IMG/VR virus record: IMGVR_UViG_3300045988_183134
Location: 64,001 to 128,000 of that record
DNA: 64,000 nucleotides
Origin: a virus
Direction: 5' to 3' (one strand)
Shown: positions 35,879 through 43,754 of the stretch, in pieces
Position numbering within the stretch: the stretch's first letter is position 1
Layout: each line of letters opens with the position of its first letter
Made by a program: the position numbers and the translations under genes
Notes under the pieces: model-generated
The model's input: only the letters and a program-made list of their open reading frames with translations
Databases searched by the model: none
Told to the model about the DNA's origin: nothing

Positions 35879-37384
35879 ATGCTTGCAATCAAAGCCAAAA
35901 GGTCAAATAAAACACTCTATCTATTCGCGTCCATCATCGTAACTGCCATTGCTGTCATTATGGCAGAACGGCAAGGAGTCGTTGACAGCGATTATTTCTG
36001 GCATATCACCCTGGGAAAAAGTATCTGGCAAAATAAAGCCATCCCAACTCAGGACACTTTCTCCTGGCTAAGCCCGGAACTCAATTTGCAGGAAACCGCT
36101 CATTCCTGGCTCAGCAGCCTGATTCTTTACGCGTTTTCCTGCATTTCCACAAATCCTGTCTACGGAATGCTTGCATTCATCGCAGTGACAGTCTTTGCCT
36201 ACTGTCTGTTCATTGAATATATCTGGGGCAGACAAATCAAAGACCCTTTCATGAATGTCTTGGCTTTGGCTCTTGTCACGCTGCCGCTTGACTGGGCAGG
36301 AAGACCGCAAAACATCGGCTTAACGCTCTTTGCAATCGGATTCTATCTGCTGAACAAAGTCTATGAAGAACCTGACACAAAGCTCCGCTGGCTGCTTCCT
36401 GTTGTGAGCGTTCTTTGGGCAAACCTGCACGGCGGGGCATTGCCCATTCTGCTCGCGTTCAATCTGCTGTTCTTGGTCTTGTGCTTTGCTCCTGACATCA
36501 ATGCCTTTGATATCTATAACGAAAAGGGCGACTCAAAGAAGCGGTTCCGTGCCCTGTTCCAGGTCTTTCTTTCCGATATTTTGGCCGGACTCCTGAATCC
36601 ATACGGCATCAAGCTCTATATCTATTTCTTTGTGACAAACAATGAAACGACCAAGAAATATGTTTCTGAATGGATGCCGAGCCATCTTGCCAATGAAGTT
36701 GTGTTTCTGTGCCTTGCCTTCTTGTTTCTGATTGTAGCTTACCGAATGAAGGTAAAGCTCACAGAATTTGCCCCGTATCTCTGCTGCCTGTTCATGACAG
36801 CAATGTATGTCCGAATCCGCAGCTATTGGGTTATCGTCATGACTCCCCTCATTTACCGGTTCCTCACTTCTCTTATCTCCGCACAGGAAAACCGGATGTG
36901 GAAAGCTGGCGGCAGGCCCAACAGTTCCTGGGCGGGAAACACCAAGAAATACACTATCGCTGCAGCTGCCGTGCTCGTTCTTGTATCTGCTGTCTATGCA
37001 CCTTCCATGGCCAACGACCCCGATAAGACAGGGGATTACATCACAGCTGACCTTGTCTCATACATCCAAGACCTCAACCCGCAGCGGCTCTATACCTCCT
37101 ACAATGATGGCGGGTATTGCATCTATCATGGCATCAAAAGCTTCGCGGATTCCAGAGCAGACCTATTCCCGGACGATGTCATCGAAGCAAGTGTGAATTT
37201 TGCATTCATGAGCTATTCCACCGACACTGGCATGGAAGACTGTTTGAATCAATTTGACTTTGATGCCATCCTTTTACGGCGCTCCCAAAGCGGTCCCTGC
37301 ATCGAATATCTAAACCAACTTTCTGGCTGGACACAAGGATATAAAGACGATTATTTCGTTGTTTTTGTACCTTCCGAAACCTAA
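35879..37384 (+). CDS. polytopic membrane protein with C-terminal soluble domain (501 aa), possibly glycosyltransferase-39-like
   Basis: At least 10 hydrophobic helices, then a soluble domain of about 130 aa. The track start at 35816 lies inside the tnpB 3' RNA region. The functional guess rests on topology only. Confidence 0.5.
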   Translation: MLAIKAKRSNKTLYLFASIIVTAIAVIMAERQGVVDSDYFWHITLGKSIWQNKAIPTQDTFSWLSPELNLQETAHSWLSSLILYAFSCISTNPVYGMLAFIAVTVFAYCLFIEYIWGRQIKDPFMNVLALALVTLPLDWAGRPQNIGLTLFAIGFYLLNKVYEEPDTKLRWLLPVVSVLWANLHGGALPILLAFNLLFLVLCFAPDINAFDIYNEKGDSKKRFRALFQVFLSDILAGLLNPYGIKLYIYFFVTNNETTKKYVSEWMPSHLANEVVFLCLAFLFLIVAYRMKVKLTEFAPYLCCLFMTAMYVRIRSYWVIVMTPLIYRFLTSLISAQENRMWKAGGRPNSSWAGNTKKYTIAAAAVLVLVSAVYAPSMANDPDKTGDYITADLVSYIQDLNPQRLYTSYNDGGYCIYHGIKSFADSRADLFPDDVIEASVNFAFMSYSTDTGMEDCLNQFDFDAILLRRSQSGPCIEYLNQLSGWTQGYKDDYFVVFVPSET

Positions 37385-37391
37385 AAATCTC

Positions 37392-37427
37392 TGCCCTTGA
37401 CCGGATTTTTCGGCCAGGGGCATTTTT
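37392..37427 (+). terminator. intrinsic terminator
   Basis: CCCTTGACCG-gattttt-CGGCCAGGGG followed by caT5. Confidence 0.65.
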
Positions 37428-37661
37428 GTACATATGTTTAGTGAAATCTAAACGGCTGACCGCTTTCTGGACAAGGCTTTCGAGTATTCAAATCGACTCT
37501 GGATTTTGTTCCAGGCTTGTTTTGTGCAATATTTACAAACTTTCTTTATTATGGGCGGTCGATTTGTAGTGTTGCTATCTAGCGAAGGTGTGCGAATTGC
37601 AGACAATGAAAGTATGGGTTAAAATCCCAACACCTGAATACAAAATCAGAAGGACACATCA

Positions 37662-39812
37662 ATGCTAAATAACAGCTATACAAAAACGAATACCATCTTC
37701 GGACAGGCGCTTGGATGCACTGCCCTTGATGACGCATTTGTAAAGCTGCTGAGTGATGTAAATGCCGATGGCGTGACTCAGTTCCTGATTCGGACAAATG
37801 GCGAAGAGAAAATGAAGACCGTTGCCCAAATCAATTCTGAGTCTCTGGAAGCGGGTGTTCGTGAGCGCATCTTTGATAAAGTCAGCCCGAAATATGGGAC
37901 CCCGACTTATTGGGATACCTCTACCAACATCTACTTCTCCATCAATACGTTCCATCCTCAGAAATCTCTGCGCGGAAAAGGTATCCGTCGTAAGGCGGAT
38001 GTCGAAAAGCTGCGCGCTCTGTTCTTTGACATTGATTGCCACGGCGAAAACGCACCAGCTGACATCAGCGACCGCATCGGTGAACTTGTACTGGATGCCG
38101 TGAATCATCATGAGATTCCGGACTGTGCAGTTTCTAACAGCGGCCGTGGTGTTGGCTTGTTTGTGTTTCTTGAACCCTGCAACCCAAACAATCTCTCTTA
38201 CGGCTTGGCCTACAGCGGCGTACATAGAGCAATTTCTCTCAAGCTGAATGAGTTGATTGAGAAGGCCCAGTTCACGGCAAATGTTGAGCTGGATAAGGCG
38301 GTTCATGAAACCAACCGCGTTGCTCGTCTGCCTGGTACTTACAACACCAAGGCAAAACGCTGCTGCCATTGTATTCGGGTCCCTGAAGGAAAGCCCTTCA
38401 ACCTGCTGAAGCTCGCCGACCAGTATGAAGTCCCTTATCGGTTTGCTGATGAGAAAGTTGCTCCGTCTGACGCGAATTTCAACAAGACTGAGGACGAAAT
38501 CCTTGACTGGGCTAAAAAGCGCTTCGCGGCAATGTGCATGCGCTATCCGCATCTTCTTGAAGTTCTGAACAATTACAAGAAGAAGGAAGAACGGAAAGCA
38601 AACTTCGTCTGCCGCTTTGAGCTGGCGCTTCGTTACCTTCAGGCAAATCCGTGTGGTGAAGGAAACCGCCACAACACCCTCTTGGCTGTACTTTCCACCT
38701 GCTATGACCGTGGCGGTCATCCGGATATGGATAAGGCACAGCTCATCAACCGCACTTTTTCTCAGCCACTTTCTGACAAGGAAGTTGCGCATCTCGTTTC
38801 CACCTGCAAATACCCTTGCAAGAACTCGACGATTGAAGCACTCTCCGGCATTCCCGCAAGTGCTCTCAAGAATCCCAAAGCTAAGGCGGAAGGGAAGAAG
38901 AACGAAAGCGAATCTAAGCCAAAGCGTTACGAAAAAGGCGAAATTCCGCCTCCGATTGCAAGCTCCAAGGCTGACCGTTACATGCTCGGTGTTCTCATCA
39001 ACCACGGCATCATTCCCGACCTCCGCATCCGGAACCATCGTCAGAAGTACGAGGCTCAGGAACGCCGGAAACAGCGCATGGTCATCTATGACCGTATCCC
39101 GGAACTCTATGCTTCCGGAATGTCCGTTCGTGCCATTGCAAAGGAACTGAAAATCTCGGTTCCCACTGTATATGAGCAGGCTAAAGTGCGTGGTCTTGAT
39201 ATCGTGGAGAAGGAACAGCAGGCATTCCGCGTCAAGAACCTGACAGCTCAGCGACTCGTTGAGATGGGATATCAGAAGCAGAAAGTTGCTGAACTGATGG
39301 GCGTTAACCGGAACACGGTGTTCAACGCTCTGAACCGGACTTTTGATTCTGTGTCTGAAGAAGACCTTATGCTCATTGACAAGGCGGTTAATAAGCTCAT
39401 TGGTCGTGTCGAGGTTATCGTGGAGACTCCCGAACCACAGACGGCTGACGAGCTGGAAACGGCAAAGCCGCAGGAAGCTAATGAAACTACTGTGACTGCT
39501 GAATCCGCTGAAACTGCTGAGACGGTTGCGACCGCCAAGGCTGCGGACAGTACCGAGACCGTCACTACCGAGAAGGAGTGTTCTTCTAAGGATGACAACA
39601 AGCCAGACGACAATGTACCTTTTGCTCCATTCAGTGATGCGTACAATCAGCTGTGCTTTGAACCTCAATCCCACAAAGGTTGGCACTCCGTCAAGGATGC
39701 GTTGAACAACTACGCGACCAGCTGCTGCTCTGCGATAAGTCAGCTCTGGGATGGCGTTGGCAAAGTTCAAAGGCACTTTGACTACGGTCGAGCGCAGCAA
39801 GCCGCAACCTGA
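37662..39812 (+). CDS. replication protein: primase-polymerase-like N-terminus, PriCT-like middle, two C-terminal HTH motifs (716 aa)
   Basis: LRALFFDIDCHGEN (acidic catalytic motif), SNSGRGVGLFVF, NRVARLPGTYNTKAKR, PriCT-like NRHNTLLAVLSTCYDRGG..PLSDKEVAHLVSTC. HTH segments: MSVRAIAKELKISVPTVYE and KQKVAELMGVNRNTVFN. Confidence 0.55.
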   Translation: MLNNSYTKTNTIFGQALGCTALDDAFVKLLSDVNADGVTQFLIRTNGEEKMKTVAQINSESLEAGVRERIFDKVSPKYGTPTYWDTSTNIYFSINTFHPQKSLRGKGIRRKADVEKLRALFFDIDCHGENAPADISDRIGELVLDAVNHHEIPDCAVSNSGRGVGLFVFLEPCNPNNLSYGLAYSGVHRAISLKLNELIEKAQFTANVELDKAVHETNRVARLPGTYNTKAKRCCHCIRVPEGKPFNLLKLADQYEVPYRFADEKVAPSDANFNKTEDEILDWAKKRFAAMCMRYPHLLEVLNNYKKKEERKANFVCRFELALRYLQANPCGEGNRHNTLLAVLSTCYDRGGHPDMDKAQLINRTFSQPLSDKEVAHLVSTCKYPCKNSTIEALSGIPASALKNPKAKAEGKKNESESKPKRYEKGEIPPPIASSKADRYMLGVLINHGIIPDLRIRNHRQKYEAQERRKQRMVIYDRIPELYASGMSVRAIAKELKISVPTVYEQAKVRGLDIVEKEQQAFRVKNLTAQRLVEMGYQKQKVAELMGVNRNTVFNALNRTFDSVSEEDLMLIDKAVNKLIGRVEVIVETPEPQTADELETAKPQEANETTVTAESAETAETVATAKAADSTETVTTEKECSSKDDNKPDDNVPFAPFSDAYNQLCFEPQSHKGWHSVKDALNNYATSCCSAISQLWDGVGKVQRHFDYGRAQQAAT

Positions 39813-39924
39813 ACCTTTTTAGTACCTTCACAATTTGATACTATCTCTTTTGCGCGAATCGAACCTTAAAAAGCTATATGCTGGAAGTCATTTCTAATTG
39901 AACCTGTATCTCTGGTCGGCAAAC

Positions 39925-40281
39925 GGACACACTCATTCATGAGCGAGAACACAAGTTTGCCGGGTTGATGTGCAGGATTTGAAGCGAATCTCTTCCTTTT
40001 GTGCAAAGTTCAATTCACTATTGACAGTCCCGGTGAGGCAAAATTTAGACTCACACGTTCGAGAAGGACACGCCCATTTATGAGTGAGAACAAAATTCCC
40101 GAACAGGCTGCGGCTCAGGAGTCACGCTCGCAATGCCGGGATGCTGGTAGAGGATTTCACGGACCACAAATGCTGGCAAACGCTACAGTATTTTCGCATT
40201 CATGCTGTTGTTTCAAAACCAAAACCACAGGATAAGTGTATCCTTTCGGAGGACACGCCCGCTTGCGAGTGAGAACGAAAT
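39925..40281. repeat. three 31-bp direct repeats (iteron-like)
   Basis: GGACACACTCATTCATGAGCGAGAACACAAG (39925), GGACACGCCCATTTATGAGTGAGAACAAAAT (40066), GGACACGCCCGCTTGCGAGTGAGAACGAAAT (40251). Confidence 0.7.
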
Positions 40282-40515
40282 CTAAAGGAATCTGACACAA
40301 ATCCCACCCTTTTGGGGCTGACAGTTGAACTGCGGACGGATGAAGTGGCCCACGTGGCGGCCATGACGGCTTTTCCGACTTAAAAATTTATAGTCGGCTG
40401 GACTGGTAATAGGAGTTCAGGAGCCCGATTTCTCCTGAAAAACGGACCCTGCCTAAGAATGTCAAACGAGTTGGCAATGTTCTTCAGGCTTTTGTTCGCG
40501 TCCCCTTAGTAGAAC

Positions 40516-40538
40516 TCTATATATTATATATAAAGGGC
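40516..40538. other. AT-rich tract (possible unwinding element)
   Basis: CTCTATATATTATATATAAAGGG, lying between the iterons and the tandem repeats. Confidence 0.4.
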
Positions 40539-40574
40539 ATTGATAAGTAAGAGAGACTACTAGATTTGAACTGA

Positions 40575-40670
40575 GAAGGATTGGCTTAGAGTTAGCTTAG
40601 GATTGCTTAGGATTAGCTTTGAGTTCCTTGGGATTGGCTTTGTCATAGCTTTACCTTAGGAAACCCACTA
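40575..40670. repeat. degenerate tandem repeats of about 10 bp (GATTRGCTTAG-like)
   Basis: GGATTGGCTTAGA GTTAGCTTAG GATTGCTTAG GATTAGCTTTGAG TTCCTTGG GATTGGCTTTG ... CCTTAGG; about one unit per helical turn. Confidence 0.6.
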
Positions 40671-40733
40671 TTCCTTAGCTGCAATTTGGCGACCGTTGCG
40701 GGTTGTTGCGAGTTGTGTCCACTGCCGTCTGGA

Positions 40734-40838
40734 GCGTAGCTGCCTTGCTTTTGGGCTGGTGCTTCTTTGCTCCCTGGCATTCGCGTAGCTGCTTGTTTCT
40801 CATCCCTCCACATTCCGTGCCTTAGCTTGCGTAGCTGC
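40734..40838. repeat. three GCGTAGCTGC direct repeats spaced 49 and 46 bp apart
   Basis: Copies start at 40734, 40783 and 40829. Confidence 0.6.
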
Positions 40839-40913
40839 TCCATTGGGCTTCGGCTGCCTGGATTTCTTGTTTCTTGCATTTGTGTCTAAACTGCTAACAA
40901 TTCGCCCTTCGCA

Positions 40914-40942
40914 TTGAGGGCATGTTCGGCTCATGGTATAAT
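40914..40942 (+). promoter_or_regulatory. promoter with extended -10 (TTGAGG-N17-TGgTATAAT)
   Basis: -35 at 40914-40919, TG at 40934-40935, TATAAT at 40937-40942. Not heptamer-type. Confidence 0.6.
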
Positions 40943-40967
40943 TAAATCATAGCAGGAGGAGCTGGAC

Positions 40968-41141
40968 ATGAAGCGATATCGGTACTTGTGCATCTGCAAG
41001 GCAAACAAACCTGACTGCCAATATGCCTGCCTTTGCCGTATCGCATCTGCCAGATTCCCATTGTGGCGGGTTCCGAAATTTTGCTGCTTGAAGCGGCTTG
41101 GGACCTGTACGTACCAAAGCGTGTGGAAGGTGATTGTGTGA
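40968..41141 (+). CDS. Cys-rich basic small protein (57 aa; below the ORF-track cutoff)
   Basis: AGGAGG 8 nt before the ATG. MKRYRYLCICKANKPDCQYACLCRIASARFPLWRVPKFCCLKRLGTCTYQSVWKVIV has 8 Cys. The stop overlaps the next start (GTGTGA). Confidence 0.55.
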   Translation: MKRYRYLCICKANKPDCQYACLCRIASARFPLWRVPKFCCLKRLGTCTYQSVWKVIV

Positions 41142-41881
41142 GCAGCAGCATGATTCTTGAACATCTCGATGCCTGGCAGGGACAATGCCTTGTCTTAACC
41201 ATTGTGGTGATTCTTGCTATCGAATGGCTTGGCCGGAACTTGAGTCTCTGGCTTGTCATGAAAGCTTTCGGCACTAAGACGGCAAGGTTCTACGATACCC
41301 GTGTTACTGCAATCGGCGTTATCCACCACGAGCTTTCCCATCTCCTGGTTGCCATCTTCACCGGTGCTCGAATCGATGGCGTGAAGCTCTACAAGATTTT
41401 CCAGAAACAGGATGACGAAGTTCTCGGCTATGTGAACTACACGCCACGCGGCCTTTATCCGTTCCGCTGCATCCAGCAGACCCTCATCGGCATTGCCCCA
41501 GGAATCCTCGGCATGGTTCAGATTTGCACCATGAGCCAGCTGCTTCTTGGGTTCTGGTCGAGTCTTGGCAATGACTGCTTCAAGCATCCTGCCATCTGGA
41601 TACTCGCAATCGTCATGAGCCAGATAGCATATCATTCCTGCCCGAGCCGGTACGATATCCAGGGCTCGTGGTTCTGCATCGGCCTTGTGGTCCTTGCATT
41701 CTGTCTGTTCCGGGACAATATCTTTCCTACCTGGTTCGCCTTGCAGGTCATCCAGTGTGTGGCATTCGCCGTTATCCTTGCATCCGCACCCGTGATGCTC
41801 CTGAGCGTCATCGTGATGGTTGCTAAACTCATAAAGCACCTTGTCTTTGCTGGAGGTAAACAAATCTTTGAAGTTCGATAA
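41138..41881 (+). CDS. membrane protein with HExxH-like motif (DUF3267 / zincin-like), 247 aa
   Basis: IHHELSHLLVAIFTG lies within a polytopic membrane protein. GTG 41138 is coupled to the upstream smORF; ATG 41150 is an alternative start. Confidence 0.5.
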   Translation: MSSSMILEHLDAWQGQCLVLTIVVILAIEWLGRNLSLWLVMKAFGTKTARFYDTRVTAIGVIHHELSHLLVAIFTGARIDGVKLYKIFQKQDDEVLGYVNYTPRGLYPFRCIQQTLIGIAPGILGMVQICTMSQLLLGFWSSLGNDCFKHPAIWILAIVMSQIAYHSCPSRYDIQGSWFCIGLVVLAFCLFRDNIFPTWFALQVIQCVAFAVILASAPVMLLSVIVMVAKLIKHLVFAGGKQIFEVR

Positions 41882-42482
41882 ACTCTATCTTCGCGTTACG
41901 GCTCTGCTCAATGGCCGCGAAGTTCATTACGACTATGTCATCAGCCCGAACGCCGATGACCTGACCGATGAAAAGGCCGACTTGATGAAAAAGGAACTCT
42001 CGGAATCTCTGCTCAAAGACCTTCCGGCTGGCACAAAAATCCTTAGCACTGAGTTCATCCCGGAAACGGAGATGATTGCTCCGATTTTCGACGGAGACCG
42101 GGTCACTTCATGGCGGTTCCTCGATTACGTTGCAAACATCCTTTCTCCCGAACCTGACATGAACGGAAACCTGCATCCGAAATTCACCCCGCTCGCTGTT
42201 GTGCGCGTGATGGTGGACGAGGATGTTTCGTTGATTCAGCTGGAAGAACGGGAACGAATCCGAATCATGGTCGGGAACTATGTTATGGAATTGACCAAAG
42301 CTCCGATTTACGCCATACAGCAAATTACGCCGGACGATTACTGGCGTATTCTGAAAGGCATCGGTGTGATGCGAAACTTCCCGACCTCTCAGAGAATCCT
42401 TGTGAAGGTCGTCTCCTTGGCGGAACTCAAACGCTGCACGGAACGGCGCAGGAAACGGTTCGAGGAGAACGAAAAGGGCTGA
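41868..42482 (+). CDS. hypothetical protein (204 aa), TTG start
   Basis: GGAGGT at 41851. Start choice is uncertain (41841 or 41868). Confidence 0.45.
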   Translation: MKFDKLYLRVTALLNGREVHYDYVISPNADDLTDEKADLMKKELSESLLKDLPAGTKILSTEFIPETEMIAPIFDGDRVTSWRFLDYVANILSPEPDMNGNLHPKFTPLAVVRVMVDEDVSLIQLEERERIRIMVGNYVMELTKAPIYAIQQITPDDYWRILKGIGVMRNFPTSQRILVKVVSLAELKRCTERRRKRFEENEKG

Positions 42483-42604
42483 ATGAACAGCTTGCCCTTT
42501 GCCTGTACGTTCGCCGGAACCCTCACACCCCGCCCACCAATGCATCGTTCAGAACGTCTGCAGTAACCTTGGTGAGCCTGGTTGCTAAATCTTTTGGCAG
42601 ATAC

Positions 42605-42632
42605 TTGTATTCCATTGCGAATCCCGTACACT
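42605..42632 (+). promoter_or_regulatory. heptamer-type promoter (TTGTAT-N4-TTGCGAA-N5-TACACT)
   Basis: Standard spacing, upstream of the 42678-46211 operon. Confidence 0.5.
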
Positions 42633-42677
42633 GTGAAGTATCGTGAATACCCACAAACCTGAAAGGCGGTTTTTATC

Positions 42678-43034
42678 ATGCTGAAAAATATTCTTGCCGT
42701 GATTGGTGCTGTGACGGTTGCTGCTGTTGCTTATGTGGCTTTCAGCGACCACGTGATTGTGAAAATTGAACCCGATGAAGAAGGCCCTGAGGACCCCGAA
42801 GAGCCGGAAGAACCCGAAGAGCCTACAAAGCCTTCTGAACCACAGGAAGAAGACCACAAGTTGACCTTCGATGAGCTTGTTCGCAAGATGGATGAATCCG
42901 AGGAACGCTTGGCTGAAGCGGAAGCAGCTGCTGCCGCCAAAGACGATGACAATGATGAGGATGACGAGGACGATGAGCCCGAATCCAAAGTCGAAGAAGT
43001 CAAAATCCAGGATGACTCGACTGAAACTGAGTGA
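42678..43034 (+). CDS. membrane-anchored acidic low-complexity protein (118 aa)
   Basis: N-terminal TM helix, then PEDPEEPEEPEEP and D/E-rich tracts. Confidence 0.55.
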   Translation: MLKNILAVIGAVTVAAVAYVAFSDHVIVKIEPDEEGPEDPEEPEEPEEPTKPSEPQEEDHKLTFDELVRKMDESEERLAEAEAAAAAKDDDNDEDDEDDEPESKVEEVKIQDDSTETE

Positions 43035-43049
43035 CAAGGAGTAAAAGCT

Positions 43050-43601
43050 ATGGACACTGATACTCGTATTTCCGTGATTGCAGGACGGCCCGGAGCCGGT
43101 AAGACTCGCTGGGCTGCCAGGGAAGTGGTTGAGACGCTTCGCGACGTGAACAACGTCGTCATTTACATCGGCTTTGACCGGGAGTTTGAGCGTATCTGCC
43201 GGATGGTTTCGGACACCTATGGCAGCAAACCTCACGGCAAGCTCCTCTTTGCGTTGCAGGATGGCGCAGGGGAAGCAATCGGAAAGGCCGTCGATATCGC
43301 CAATAACGGGGAGCCCCGCATGTATCTCGGCAATGAGGACGATGACGAGTACCAGAACAATCGGCGGATGGTGTTTGTGTTCTATGACCAGTGCCGCCAC
43401 GATATCTTCAACGGTCGCCGCGACCTCCTGAGAGCTGCTGCCAGGGCCGGGGTTCATGTCAATGTCCTTTGCCAGATTTTCAGCCAAATTGACCGTGGTG
43501 ATGTGGATTGGCTGAACGAATACTGCACGCCTTTCGTCATTTCGAAGTCCCGTGAACCGCGCCTGGCAACGCAGGAAGAGATTCAGGAAAAGTACCGTTA
43601 A
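43050..43601 (+). CDS. P-loop NTPase (183 aa)
   Basis: Walker A (VIAGRPGAGKTRWA) and a Walker-B-like VFVFYDQ. Confidence 0.55.
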   Translation: MDTDTRISVIAGRPGAGKTRWAAREVVETLRDVNNVVIYIGFDREFERICRMVSDTYGSKPHGKLLFALQDGAGEAIGKAVDIANNGEPRMYLGNEDDDEYQNNRRMVFVFYDQCRHDIFNGRRDLLRAAARAGVHVNVLCQIFSQIDRGDVDWLNEYCTPFVISKSREPRLATQEEIQEKYR

Positions 43602-43754
43602 GCCATCTGAACCATCTGTTGCCGGAGAACGGAAACCTATTTTCGCTGTTGCGGGAAGTTTTGCTGGCGTATATCATAAGCTGCACGGGCGGCCGATACA
43701 GGATGTCAGCCGGTATGAGACAGTCATCAATGGCTTAGACTAGAGAGGACGACA

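Noticed and set aside
37665-39800. 711-aa minus-strand ORF
   Set aside because: It mirrors the replication-protein gene on the + strand, which has motifs and an RBS. The antisense translation is low-complexity and motif-free.
39999-40272. ORFs 39999-40235 and 40084-40272 (+), and 40643-40879 (-), in the post-rep non-coding region
   Set aside because: They have no RBS and overlap the iterons and tandem repeats. Their composition is Arg/Ser/Cys-rich, typical of non-coding translation.
40575-40670. Tandem repeats considered as a CRISPR array
   Set aside because: The units are only about 10 bp, degenerate and contiguous, without spacers. No cas genes are nearby. They fit an origin or partition-site repeat better.
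43552-43743. 63-aa ORF between the P-loop gene and topB
   Set aside because: It overlaps the 3' end of the P-loop gene in another frame, has no RBS, and has an Arg-rich non-coding-like composition.
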